Shown: one piece after another, positions 35,097 through 44,852 of the stretch | Position numbering within the stretch: position 1 is the first letter of the stretch | Layout of the letters: each line of letters begins with the position of its first letter | Source of the DNA: a bacterium | GTDB lineage: Bacteria; Patescibacteriota; Saccharimonadia; Saccharimonadales; Saccharimonadaceae | Direction of reading: 5' to 3' | DNA: 46,357 nucleotides | Assembly: GCA_030429935.1 (NCBI GenBank) | Contig: JAUIGH010000001.1 | Span: 1 to 46,357 of the forward strand | Program-made: the position numbers and the translations under genes | The notes under the pieces: generated by a model | Databases searched by the model: none | Seen by the model: the letters and a program-made list of their open reading frames with translations, nothing else | What the model was told of the DNA's origin: nothing

Positions 35097-36230
35097 ATGA
35101 AAGTACGAATTGAAATCGACACCAAGACCTTCGTGCGGTTTTGGTTGGTGGTGATTGGTTTTGCCTTTGCGATATTTGGCATGTATCTCGCACGCACAGC
35201 TCTGATTATTGTTGGTGCTTCAGCATTTCTCGCACTTGCTCTTAATGCGCCAGTCAATGCACTGGCAAAACGCATTCCTGGTAAGTCACGCATCTTAGCT
35301 ACCGCAGTGGCATTCCTCGCGATCGTTGGGTTTCTTGGACTGTTTCTGTTTTATGTCATACCGCCGATTACGCAGCAGACGCTTCGGTTCGTCGATCAAG
35401 CGCCCCAAATGGTGCAAAGTGTATCATCGCAGTGGGCGGGTCTGGGCGATCTGGTTGATCGATATAATATCCAGCCAGAAGTCGACGCGGCAGCTGAATC
35501 GATCCGTGAAAATGCCTCGCGCTGGGCTACCGACTTCGGGACTAGTGTGATCACAGGTATCGGATCAGTCTTCTCAGCCTTGGCGGCCGTATTCTTGGTG
35601 CTCGTCATCACGTTCTTGATGCTCGTCGAAGGCCCATCATGGGTCAAGCGAATCTGGACACTGTACGAAGATCCGCACAAAATGAAGCTGCATCAAAAGC
35701 TCGCGACGCGCATGCATCACGTGGTGTCTGGCTATGTGGTCGGGCAGCTGTCTGTCTCAGGTATCGGCGCACTGACCTCAGGTTTAGTGGTGTATATCAT
35801 GAGCTTCTTTTTCGCCGAAGTGCCGGCCAACTTGGCGCTGCCGACGATCGCGATCACCTTTATTTTTGCGCTTATCCCGATGTTCGGTTCGACCATCGCT
35901 GGCGTATTGGTGTCGCTGCTGCTGGTGGTGAATAGCTTGCCTGCAGCGATTATCTTTGCGATATTCTTTGTCGTCTATCAGCAGATTGAAAACAACTTCA
36001 TCTCACCAGCGATTCAGTCGAAATACCTCGAGCTAACGCCACTGACGGTGTTGGTTGCCGTGACGATCGGTTTGTATCTCTTTGGCTTGATAGGCGGTAT
36101 TATCTCGATTCCGATTGCTGGCTGTATCAAAGTCCTGGTCGAAGAATATCTCGCGCATACCAAAGAAACCCGTAAAAAGCATGACAAGCCGATGGCCAAA
36201 CTCGCCAAAAAGCTGACTGGCGAATCGTAG
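35097..36230 (+). CDS. AI-2E (PerM/UPF0118) family transporter
   Basis: LIPMFG, YQQIENNFISP and GGIISIPIA motifs; multiple TM segments. Confidence 0.9.
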   Translation: MKVRIEIDTKTFVRFWLVVIGFAFAIFGMYLARTALIIVGASAFLALALNAPVNALAKRIPGKSRILATAVAFLAIVGFLGLFLFYVIPPITQQTLRFVDQAPQMVQSVSSQWAGLGDLVDRYNIQPEVDAAAESIRENASRWATDFGTSVITGIGSVFSALAAVFLVLVITFLMLVEGPSWVKRIWTLYEDPHKMKLHQKLATRMHHVVSGYVVGQLSVSGIGALTSGLVVYIMSFFFAEVPANLALPTIAITFIFALIPMFGSTIAGVLVSLLLVVNSLPAAIIFAIFFVVYQQIENNFISPAIQSKYLELTPLTVLVAVTIGLYLFGLIGGIISIPIAGCIKVLVEEYLAHTKETRKKHDKPMAKLAKKLTGES

Positions 36231-36249
36231 ACTCAAAGACTCTGGGGCT

Positions 36250-36510
36250 TGCAGCTTCCCCCAGCTTCACGCCCATCAATCCCCTCAGACACGCGCGGCC
36301 GCAACCTGCTGTCTTCTTGTCCGCGCTCTGCAGGGAATGCAGAGTCTTCGTGGCTTGATGGTTGCGAAGCTGGGCTCGACCCAGTGCCAGCTGACACCAG
36401 TGAATCGCCCTTCACGATTCGAGCGCTATCTGCAGCCCGAGTATCGATGGGCGTTGAGACCCCATTCGGTACCCGGAGTGAAGCCAGCCGAGAATGTGAA
36501 GGATGATGAA
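36250..36510 (+). mobile_element. Structured repeat element, copy 2, free-standing between convergent genes
   Basis: Homologous to the reverse complement of about 8152-8387, with nested stems showing compensatory substitutions. Confidence 0.8.
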
Positions 36511-36530
36511 CGGACACGACCAAGTGTCGT

Positions 36531-37958
36531 CTAAATGAAAGACCAAACTGTACCGCGAGCAGTATCGCGGACAGCGATACCCTCGGCGGTCAGCTCATCA
36601 CGCAAGCGGTCTGATTCGGCCCAGTCTTTGTTGTCGCGGGCTCGAGAGCGGCTGATGATCACATGTTTTTGCTCATCCGTAATGTCTGGTGTCGAGGACA
36701 GTAACTGAAGCCCGAGCAGCTCATCAATCATTTCGAGCAGCTGGACGAGTGCATGCCGATGGATATCGTCTGGCGTTCGTGATTCGAGTCGGCCGAACGC
36801 CTCGTCGATGATCGCTAGTGCGGCGGGCGTGTCCAGATCATCAGACAGCGCCTCGAGTACGGCTTGAGAGGTCGCAAGCAAGCTGACGCTGCGCTCATCG
36901 CTCGACTTTTCGTCATCGTCGCGCAGTGTATCGTGTGTCTGGTGCCTGAGCGCCGCGACATTGCGCCAGTTGCGCAGACGATTGGCTTGGGCGTCGAGAA
37001 TTTCCCAGGTGAAGTTGCCTTCGGTCCGGTAGTGGCTAGATAGAACTAGCAGCTTAAACGCATCCAAATCATAGCCGCGGTCGGCGATGTCAGCTAGCGC
37101 GTAGCTGTTGCCGAGCGATTTCGATAACTTAGTGCCATCGACTTTCATGTGATTGTTGTGAAACCAGTGTCTGCTTAGGGGCTTGCCTGTGACAGTTTCA
37201 GACTGCGCAATTTCGTTGGTGTGATGAACGGGTATATGGTCGATGCCGCCGCTGTGGATGTCGAGCGTGTCGCCCAATAACGCGCGCGCAATGACGCTAC
37301 ACTCGAGGTGCCAGCCGGGGAAACCTGTACCCCACGGACTATCCCACTCCATGTCGCGTTTGGCGTCTGCCGGGCTAAATTTCCAGAGCGCGAAATCAGT
37401 TGGATGCTTTTTGCCGCTGTCGGTGACGCGGGCGCCAGACTGCAGTCCGGCGATGTCGAGCCGGGCGAGCTTGCCATAGTCACTCAATTTGCTGGTATCA
37501 AAATAAACCCCGTCTTCTATTTTGTATGTGAAACCTTTTTTCTCCAATTCCTGGACAAAGGCGATTTGCTGCGGGATATAGTCGGTCGCGCGCGGCATGT
37601 GGTCAGGTCGCAGCAGGCCGAGTTGTTCGTAGGCTTCCTCATCGGCAATCTTGATGAACTTCTCAGCTACATCCCAGGCGGTCAGATTTGCCGCGCGGGC
37701 GCCCTTTTCCATCTTGTCCTCGCCATCGTCTTCGTCGCTGACCAGGTGCCCGACGTCGGTGATGTTTTGTACTCGTGTCACCTCGTAGCCGTTTGCGATT
37801 AGCACTCGCGTCAAAACATCCGCGTAAATATACGCCACCCAATTGCCGATTTGCGGCTGTGAATACACCGTCAAGCCACAGGTGTACAAACCGATCTTTT
37901 TGCCGTTCAGTGGTGCAAGTTCGTCGTTGGATCCGGTGAGTGTGTTGTGGAGTTTCAT
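36531..37958 (-). CDS. cysS: Cysteine--tRNA ligase
   Basis: Motifs YTCGLTVY, NITDVGH, DFALWK, GFPGWHLECS, DIHSGGIDH..HH.NEIAQ and KLSKSLGN. Confidence 0.96.
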   Translation of the reverse strand: MKLHNTLTGSNDELAPLNGKKIGLYTCGLTVYSQPQIGNWVAYIYADVLTRVLIANGYEVTRVQNITDVGHLVSDEDDGEDKMEKGARAANLTAWDVAEKFIKIADEEAYEQLGLLRPDHMPRATDYIPQQIAFVQELEKKGFTYKIEDGVYFDTSKLSDYGKLARLDIAGLQSGARVTDSGKKHPTDFALWKFSPADAKRDMEWDSPWGTGFPGWHLECSVIARALLGDTLDIHSGGIDHIPVHHTNEIAQSETVTGKPLSRHWFHNNHMKVDGTKLSKSLGNSYALADIADRGYDLDAFKLLVLSSHYRTEGNFTWEILDAQANRLRNWRNVAALRHQTHDTLRDDDEKSSDERSVSLLATSQAVLEALSDDLDTPAALAIIDEAFGRLESRTPDDIHRHALVQLLEMIDELLGLQLLSSTPDITDEQKHVIISRSRARDNKDWAESDRLRDELTAEGIAVRDTARGTVWSFI

Positions 37959-38935
37959 GATTCTGTCGCCAAAGCTTTCTCTGTGGCGTTGATTAATTCT
38001 GGGACAACGTTGTCGTATGTCTCGTACACGCGGAAGCCTGCGGCGTATTTGTGGCCGCCACCACCGAAGTAGCCGGCAATCGCATCAGAGACTGGCGAGT
38101 TAGAACGCAATCGGGCAGTCAGTTTGCCGTCAGGATAGGTTTTGATAACACAGCTGATTTCGACACCTTCGACCAGACGCAGTTCATCACCAATCAATGC
38201 ACCAGGATTATACGAATCCGAATACTGTTCGATTTCCTCAAACGGCACGTGAACGAGTGCCAACTTGCCGCCTGCCAGGTATTCGATGCGCTCGATCAAC
38301 TTGCCTTTGTATTCCAAGATCTCGGGTGATTTTTTCATGAATTCACGACGACGCTCTTCGATCTCGGCATTTGATGCTCCCAGTTGAGCGAGCTTACCGG
38401 CAACCGCAAAGCTGTCTGGCGTGACATTTGGCGTCGTTAGTCCCAAACTGTCGCTCATCAGCGCAATCATCAGGTGCTCGGCGGCTTGTTTGTTGATCGT
38501 CCAGCTAGCATCGACCGCCAAATCGTGGATGATGTGGCTAGTGGCGATGACATCGGCTGACAGCATGGTGTGGTCAAAGCTGAGCGTGCTGTCGCTGGCG
38601 TGATGATCGATGACAACGACTGGATGTGTCTCGAGGAAGTTGCGTACACCGGGCGTCTCGAGGACCTTTGAGATTAATACATCAGCGCTAGTGTCGACGA
38701 TGATCGCTAGATCCGCACTGGTGTCAAAATCGCTGGTGACGCGATCCCAGCCGCGGATGTAGCGCAAGTAGCGCGGGATGTCGACTGGACAGTACAGTGT
38801 GACGTCTTTGCCCAGGTCGCCCAGGATTTCTTCCAGCGCCATCGCACTACCGAGGCTATCGCCGTCCGGGTTTTCGGCTTGGATAACAACTATTTTCTGA
38901 GTTGTCTTAATAAGGTCTATTACCGTGTCAAACAT
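37955..38935 (-). CDS. DHH/DHHA1 phosphoesterase (NrnA-like nanoRNase)
   Basis: Motifs NPDGDSLGS, IDHH and GGGGHKYAAG. Confidence 0.9.
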   Translation of the reverse strand: MFDTVIDLIKTTQKIVVIQAENPDGDSLGSAMALEEILGDLGKDVTLYCPVDIPRYLRYIRGWDRVTSDFDTSADLAIIVDTSADVLISKVLETPGVRNFLETHPVVVIDHHASDSTLSFDHTMLSADVIATSHIIHDLAVDASWTINKQAAEHLMIALMSDSLGLTTPNVTPDSFAVAGKLAQLGASNAEIEERRREFMKKSPEILEYKGKLIERIEYLAGGKLALVHVPFEEIEQYSDSYNPGALIGDELRLVEGVEISCVIKTYPDGKLTARLRSNSPVSDAIAGYFGGGGHKYAAGFRVYETYDNVVPELINATEKALATES

Positions 38936-38939
38936 AAAA

Positions 38940-39410
38940 CTATTGTATCAAAGCGTGTTGTTCAGGCTCATAGAAGCGATCAGAAAAACGTACCCCATCC
39001 CTGATATCATTTATCGCTAGTCGCAAAATTGGCACGAGTTTATCAGGCAAATCGTCGGCCTCAAACCATTCGCCTTGGTCTGCTTTGTGTGGTTCAGTAA
39101 CCCGGGGCGTGCCCGAGTATGATGACACTTCGTAAAATAATGAAACGCGTTCATCAGACAGGTCGTCTGACGGATAGATATATATCAATGGGTCGCCAAG
39201 CGCGTCCGCATCGATAACAACGCCAGCTTCTTCCTCTAGCTCTCGGATCGCAGCAGTAGTCGGCGATTCGCCTGGTTCTACATGGCCGGCTGGTACCGTA
39301 TACCAGCCATCACGCCACCCGGTATTGAATCTTCTGAGTAGAAATATCCGTTGATTTTCGTCGCGGATAATCATCCAGACAGCTGGAATTATCGCATGTC
39401 GTTTGCTCAT
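38940..39410 (-). CDS. NUDIX hydrolase
   Basis: Nudix box AGHVEPGESPTTAAIRELEEEAGV. Confidence 0.9.
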   Translation of the reverse strand: MSKRHAIIPAVWMIIRDENQRIFLLRRFNTGWRDGWYTVPAGHVEPGESPTTAAIRELEEEAGVVIDADALGDPLIYIYPSDDLSDERVSLFYEVSSYSGTPRVTEPHKADQGEWFEADDLPDKLVPILRLAINDIRDGVRFSDRFYEPEQHALIQ

Positions 39411-40021
39411 AGTTTGCGCCTACCTTCTAGTGCATGCGTCAGTGTGATCTGGTCGGCATATTCCAGGTCAACACCGACTGGGATGCCGCGAGCCAAGCGG
39501 CTGATCTGGGTGTCGATGCCGGCATCGGTGATCTGGCGCTGAATGAATAGCGCCGTCGACTCGCCTTCGACTGATGCGTTGGTGGCGATGATGACTTCAC
39601 TGACTTTATCGTTTTTGAGGCGTTCGAGTAGTTCGGGGATATGTAGCTGCTCCGGGCCGACGCCATCAATCGGCGAAATCACGCCGCCTAGCACATGGTA
39701 GGTGCCGCGAAATTGTCCGGTGCGCTCGAGGGCGACGATATCGAGTGGTTCCTCGACGATACAGACTGTTTGCTGGTCACGGTCAGCATCAGTGTACAGC
39801 GGCGACACATCTTCGCCGGGATTGATCAGTGCGAACGTCTTTGGACAGACCTGTACACCGTCTTGCAAGCTATCGATAGCCGACGCAAGCTGCCGCGCAG
39901 TCTTAGCATTGTGGCGCAGCAAATAATAGGCGTAACGCTCGGAAGTGCGAGCCCCAACGCCGGGTAGTTGACCGAACTCCTCGATCGCATCGAGCAGTGC
40001 TTGCGGCAAAATCTGCGCCAT
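39407..40021 (-). CDS. recR: Recombination mediator RecR
   Basis: HhH motif LPGVGARTSER, ICIVEEPLD-type Toprim start, YHVLGGVISPIDGVGP, ATNASVEGEST and LEYAD; follows ybaB. Confidence 0.95.
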   Translation of the reverse strand: MAQILPQALLDAIEEFGQLPGVGARTSERYAYYLLRHNAKTARQLASAIDSLQDGVQVCPKTFALINPGEDVSPLYTDADRDQQTVCIVEEPLDIVALERTGQFRGTYHVLGGVISPIDGVGPEQLHIPELLERLKNDKVSEVIIATNASVEGESTALFIQRQITDAGIDTQISRLARGIPVGVDLEYADQITLTHALEGRRKL

Positions 40022-40034
40022 ACTCGCCTACGAG

Positions 40035-40325
40035 CTACAGTCCTAAGTTGCCGAGTCCGCCCATCAGCGGCTTCATTTTTTCAGCAGCGATTTCTTGGGC
40101 TTTGGCCATGCCGTCGCGGATGGCGATCTCGATCCAGTGTTCGAGTTGCTCGATGTCCTCGAGGTCGACGTATTCTGGGTCGATTTTGACTGAGACAACT
40201 TTGAGCTCACCGTTGACTTGCACGACGACTGCGCCGTCTCCAGCTTCGACTTCGATGATTTCCTTTGCCAGGTCTTTTTGAGCCTTACGTAGGTCGTTGA
40301 GCATCTTCATTTGGTTTAATGCCAT
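40035..40325 (-). CDS. ybaB: YbaB/EbfC nucleoid-associated protein
   Basis: EAGDGAVVVQVNGE motif; upstream of recR. Confidence 0.9.
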   Translation of the reverse strand: MALNQMKMLNDLRKAQKDLAKEIIEVEAGDGAVVVQVNGELKVVSVKIDPEYVDLEDIEQLEHWIEIAIRDGMAKAQEIAAEKMKPLMGGLGNLGL

Positions 40326-40365
40326 AGTAAGTAATTCCTCCTCTTTGTACTCTGGTTAGTATACG

Positions 40366-41829
40366 CTATTCGTCGGCGGCTGTATAGAGGTAGAAGCGGT
40401 CGGCGTCCTGACTTTTGGCGTCGACAGCGATGTAGCTCGGATCGACACCAGAGTGGCGCGATGAAACCGCGGCGTCATGCGCTCGGATGTATGGCAGCGG
40501 CACGTCGCTCGACTGACTCGTGACGCTGAAACGACGATCATAGTTAGCCAGTAGTTGGTAAAACGGCGCCCGGTCACTCGGCACGACGACGTTGATTGGT
40601 TGATCAGTCGTAGCGTCAGTCTGCTCGATGGTTTGCTTAAGCAAAGCAGTGTCGGTGCTAAAGGCTGATACGAGCTCCGGGTTGTAATAATAATTGAGGC
40701 TATAGCGTGACGTACTGGACAGGACCACGCCGATGACGATGATGGTCAACGGAATCAAACCCAGGATACGAGCGTATGGGTTATACGGAAATAGTTTGTA
40801 CCATTCAGAAATCAGCGTATTCATGCCCATCGCCACCATCAGTAGCAGGAGCGGAATGATCATGATGGCGTAATGGGGATTGATCAAGAGCAGCGGCAAC
40901 AAAATCACGCCCCATAGCCAGATGATGTAGCTGCGCGCCGTGTACTTGACCTGCAAAAACCGCACGAAACCAATGCCTGCAATCACCAAAATGCCAATCG
41001 GGATGAGCGGGTGTAGCAGCGCATTTGTACTGCCCTGCTGCCAGATGTATGTTTTGGCTAGTTCGATGGCATTCGCGCCAAAATCAGGCAGCTCCGGCGG
41101 GATACCGACGAGTTGTAGTGCGACCTGCGGACTGGTGCTGACGCTATAGAGTAGCGGCGCCAGCACTATCAGAGCTACAGAGCTAGCGATGGCGATGCGG
41201 TTAGGGTTGAGCCGCCGAGCCAAGTGACGAATATGTGGGTGGAAAATCAACGTCGACACAACCGCCAAGTTCAGATAAATCCCGAGCGGCGCGTACATGT
41301 TAAGCGCCAGCATGATCAAAAAAAGCGTCTTCCAGAGCAGATGCGGCGTGTGCCGGCGCGATACGTACGTGCCTGTGACCAAGAGCCAAATCGATATCGC
41401 CACGCTGTAGATGTACGGCGTGGCGTCTTGGGCGATGAAGATGTACGCCGGCAGCGTGGCGGTCAGTAGGACGGTGATGACCGCGACGTTATTGCGAAAC
41501 CATTCGCGTACTAATAGGAACATGCCGATGACGCCGAGAAAACCGAGGATCAGAGACGGCAGTTTGAGCGACAATTCGCCGACACCGAACACAGCGAAAC
41601 CAGCCCGTTGCAAGATATGATACGGCAAGTTGACGACTGAGTTTGGGTCGAACTGCTGAAATGCCAATGAACCGCTGATGACGGCGTTGTCCAGTTCGGC
41701 AGTACGTAATCCACTGGGTACGTATAATGCAGCAGCGGTCAGTGCTGCACCAATTGACAGTAACGCCAACGAGTACCCCAGCACATAGCGGTGCTTGTAC
41801 AGCCAATAATCAGTCACGTGACGCTTCAT
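40366..41829 (-). CDS. Membrane glycosyltransferase of the GT-C fold (PMT/ArnT-like)
   Basis: Many TM helices; LPYHIL...FGVGELSLKLPSLILG pattern. Confidence 0.65.
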   Translation of the reverse strand: MKRHVTDYWLYKHRYVLGYSLALLSIGAALTAAALYVPSGLRTAELDNAVISGSLAFQQFDPNSVVNLPYHILQRAGFAVFGVGELSLKLPSLILGFLGVIGMFLLVREWFRNNVAVITVLLTATLPAYIFIAQDATPYIYSVAISIWLLVTGTYVSRRHTPHLLWKTLFLIMLALNMYAPLGIYLNLAVVSTLIFHPHIRHLARRLNPNRIAIASSVALIVLAPLLYSVSTSPQVALQLVGIPPELPDFGANAIELAKTYIWQQGSTNALLHPLIPIGILVIAGIGFVRFLQVKYTARSYIIWLWGVILLPLLLINPHYAIMIIPLLLLMVAMGMNTLISEWYKLFPYNPYARILGLIPLTIIVIGVVLSSTSRYSLNYYYNPELVSAFSTDTALLKQTIEQTDATTDQPINVVVPSDRAPFYQLLANYDRRFSVTSQSSDVPLPYIRAHDAAVSSRHSGVDPSYIAVDAKSQDADRFYLYTAADE

Positions 41830-41862
41830 AAACTGCTACACATTGTAGCATGGATGACCGGT

Positions 41863-43212
41863 CTATTCGTGGCGTTTGTCGAGTGACATAAAGCGCAATC
41901 GCTCGGGGTGGAAGTACAGCTGGACTTTACCGACGGGACCATTACGGTGCTTGGCGATGATCAGGTCGGTGATGTTTTGCACGTCGGGATTATCGGGTTC
42001 GTAGTAGCCGGGGCGATAGATAAAGCTGACGATGTCGGCGTCTTGCTCGATCGAACCAGATTCACGCAGGTCAGATAGTTGCGGGATCGGCGGTGTGCGG
42101 CTTTCGACGGTACGTGATAGTTGGCTCAGTGCGATTAGCGGCACGTTCAGCTCACGAGCGATCAGTTTCAGGCCACGGCTGATTTCCGAGACTTCTTGGA
42201 CGCGGTTGCCTTGGTGGTTGCCGGCGGCTTGCATGAGTTGTAGGTAGTCGACGATGATGAGGCCGAGCGGTGCTTCGTGGTGTTTGCGGCGGGCTTTGGT
42301 GCGCATCTCGAGCACGCTGAGACCCGGCGTATCGTCGATGTAGATCGGTGCTTCGGCCATCTCGCCCATGGCTTCGGACAGTTTGCCAAAGTCGTCGTCC
42401 GACAGGTTACCGGTGCGGATGTTCCAGCTATCGACACCGCTGGCGTCAGATAGCATACGGTCGACCAGCTGCTCTTTACTCATCTCGAGTGAAAAGAACA
42501 GCACGGGTTGTTTAGCAATGGTCGCCACGTTGTAGGCCAGATTGGTGACCAGCGTCGTCTTACCCATGGCAGGTCGGGCAGCCAGGATGATCAAATCACT
42601 GCGCTGCAAGCCGGCCGTCATGTTGTCCAGGTCGCGGTAGCCAGTGCGTACGCCGCGCAGCTGGCCTTTGTTGCGGTGCAGTTCTTCGAGTCGGTCAAAA
42701 CTCTCGGTCAGGATGCTCTCGAGACTGATCAAATCTTGCTTGAGTGATTGATCTGACACGCTAAATAGTTCAGCTTCGGCACGCTCCAGTAGCTCTTGGG
42801 GCGTGGTATCTTCGTCGTAGCCCAGCTCAGAGATGTCCGTACTGGCGCGGATCAAGCGACGACGTACAGCAGCGGCCGCCACCAGCTCAGCATAGGCTTT
42901 GGCGTGCGCAGCCGTCGGCACATACTGCGTCAGCTCGGTCAGGTAGGCTGAACCGCCGACCATTTCCAGTTCGTCTTTTTTCTTGAGCTGATCGGTCAGC
43001 GTCAACAAATCGACCGGCTTGTGCCGCTCGTACAGACGCATCATCGCGCCGTATATCACCTGGTGTTGCTTGTCGTAAAAATCCTCGGGGTGCGCGATTT
43101 CGGCAGTATCTGCCAAGACTTCTTCATCAATCAAAATCGCACCGAGTAAACTTTTCTCGGCGTCGACATTTTGCGGCGGAATGCGCGCGGCATCAACTTG
43201 CTTCTTAGCCAT
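41863..43212 (-). CDS. dnaB: Replicative DNA helicase
   Basis: Motifs PPQNVDAE, AARPAMGKT, FSLEMS, IVDYLQLM, LSQLSR, SDLRESGSIEQDAD and KHRNGP. Confidence 0.98.
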   Translation of the reverse strand: MAKKQVDAARIPPQNVDAEKSLLGAILIDEEVLADTAEIAHPEDFYDKQHQVIYGAMMRLYERHKPVDLLTLTDQLKKKDELEMVGGSAYLTELTQYVPTAAHAKAYAELVAAAAVRRRLIRASTDISELGYDEDTTPQELLERAEAELFSVSDQSLKQDLISLESILTESFDRLEELHRNKGQLRGVRTGYRDLDNMTAGLQRSDLIILAARPAMGKTTLVTNLAYNVATIAKQPVLFFSLEMSKEQLVDRMLSDASGVDSWNIRTGNLSDDDFGKLSEAMGEMAEAPIYIDDTPGLSVLEMRTKARRKHHEAPLGLIIVDYLQLMQAAGNHQGNRVQEVSEISRGLKLIARELNVPLIALSQLSRTVESRTPPIPQLSDLRESGSIEQDADIVSFIYRPGYYEPDNPDVQNITDLIIAKHRNGPVGKVQLYFHPERLRFMSLDKRHE

Positions 43213-44617
43213 CGTATGCTACCTCTTCTCCTCCCCCCATCATATCAGCTACGTCGGCCAGTTGGGAATCTGCCAGGGGTACTTTGTCTGCGAGGATGTC
43301 GACGGTGATGTCACCGGCCCCGATTTTTTCGAGTGCAGCGTGGAGTTTCGGCAGTTGTTTGGGGCCATTGAGCAACTTTGCGTTGAGTTTGTTGCCGGCG
43401 TAGATCGTCAATGTGTCGTTTTTTAGCGTGTGGCCAGCTTTTGCCAGTAGCGATCGAAATGCCGCATCGCCATTAGCGGCCGCGATCAAGGCGTCCCAGT
43501 CGAAATCGGTTTTCTCGGTGGCTGGTTGCGATTTCTTTGCGGCTTTAGTCGGTTTTGGTGACGTTGTCGCAGCTTTTTTTGGCTTTTCCTGCGGCCGAGT
43601 CTCGATCGGGTCTGCAGGTGCTGTCGGCTGTGGTGGGGGCAAGGCGATCGGTTCAACTGTCGGCCGCGTCGGTCGGTCGACGTTGTGCGCCAGTACGGTG
43701 AGTAGCCGAATGTACGGATAATGACTCGAACCCGCGCTAAGTAACTCATCCAGTACCGACAAATCCTCGGGGTGCTTAGCGATCGTCTGGTGCAGCGCGC
43801 CGACCAGCTGCTGGGTGACGACGCCAGCATGCGTGCCGGTTGACTCGAGCTCGTTCAGAGTCTGCGTCAAACCATGCAAATCACCCTGGCGATAGTGAGC
43901 GATCAGGGAGTCGATTGTGTCTTGACTGGTAGCACCTAGCGCAGCGCGTACGTCATCAGCGCCGATCGTTTCGCTGCCGGCGCTATGTCTCACCTGATCG
44001 AGCAAACCGATACTGTCACGGAAGCTTCCCTGCCCATGCTGTGCGATCAGCTCCAGTGCTGCGTCGTCGATAGCGATGTCTTCTTGGTCGGCGATACGAC
44101 GTAGATGCTCAGTAGCGAGCTCGTGGCTGATGCTACGAAAGTTGAAGCGCTGCACGCGGCTGATAATTGTAGCCGGCAATTTATCGACATCGGTCGTGGC
44201 CAAGATGAACACGACATGATGTGGTGGTTCTTCGAGCGTCTTGAGCAGCGCGTTAAAGGCTGGTTTTGACAGCATGTGGACTTCGTCGATGATGTAGATT
44301 TTTTTGCGCGCACTGCTGGGCGCGATGTGGACTTTGTCGCGTAAATCCCGCACGTCTTCGACGCCGTTATTGCTAGCGGCGTCGATCTCGATGATGTCCA
44401 GGTGTTGTGATTCGTCGCTGTACTCCAGGCCATTGATCTCGTGGGCGATGATACGCGCGATCGAGGTCTTGCCGACACCACGCGGACCAGTCAACAGATA
44501 GGCATGCGACACGCTATCAGCAGTAATCGCCGCACTTAGCAGCGACGTAATATGGTCTTGCCCGACAATCTCATCGAGCGACCGCGACCGGTATTTGCGG
44601 TACAATGCTTGGCTCAT
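43205..44617 (-). CDS. dnaX: DNA polymerase III subunit gamma/tau
   Basis: Motifs ALYRKYR, GPRGVGKTS, EIDAASN, IIDEVHML, FNALLKTLEEPP and TIISR. Confidence 0.97.
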   Translation of the reverse strand: MSQALYRKYRSRSLDEIVGQDHITSLLSAAITADSVSHAYLLTGPRGVGKTSIARIIAHEINGLEYSDESQHLDIIEIDAASNNGVEDVRDLRDKVHIAPSSARKKIYIIDEVHMLSKPAFNALLKTLEEPPHHVVFILATTDVDKLPATIISRVQRFNFRSISHELATEHLRRIADQEDIAIDDAALELIAQHGQGSFRDSIGLLDQVRHSAGSETIGADDVRAALGATSQDTIDSLIAHYRQGDLHGLTQTLNELESTGTHAGVVTQQLVGALHQTIAKHPEDLSVLDELLSAGSSHYPYIRLLTVLAHNVDRPTRPTVEPIALPPPQPTAPADPIETRPQEKPKKAATTSPKPTKAAKKSQPATEKTDFDWDALIAAANGDAAFRSLLAKAGHTLKNDTLTIYAGNKLNAKLLNGPKQLPKLHAALEKIGAGDITVDILADKVPLADSQLADVADMMGGGEEVAYDG

Positions 44618-44852
44618 ACTCCCCTTTTGTATCTATTGTACCGCAGTCGTCGTGATGTGTGCGTTGTCAAATCTTACATGGTCGTTTACAGCAGCCCTGT
44701 ATTGATTAATGTTTAAAAAATGATAAAATATACTCAGACTATGGAGTACCAGGTCTTGCACATTAACTGTGCGTGTCTTTTCTGTTGTTCGACCGATGCT
44801 CGTCTTGTACTACACGAGGCCAGCTAGGCCGAACAACATCGAGGAGGCACCA

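Noticed and set aside
36249..36534. Short ORFs between the AI-2E gene and cysS as standalone genes
   Set aside because: No RBS or promoter pattern; they are frames of the structured repeat element.
43205..44617. Programmed frameshift in dnaX
   Set aside because: The A-rich stretches in the linker simply encode Lys-rich sequence; I saw no clear slippery site with a stimulatory hairpin.
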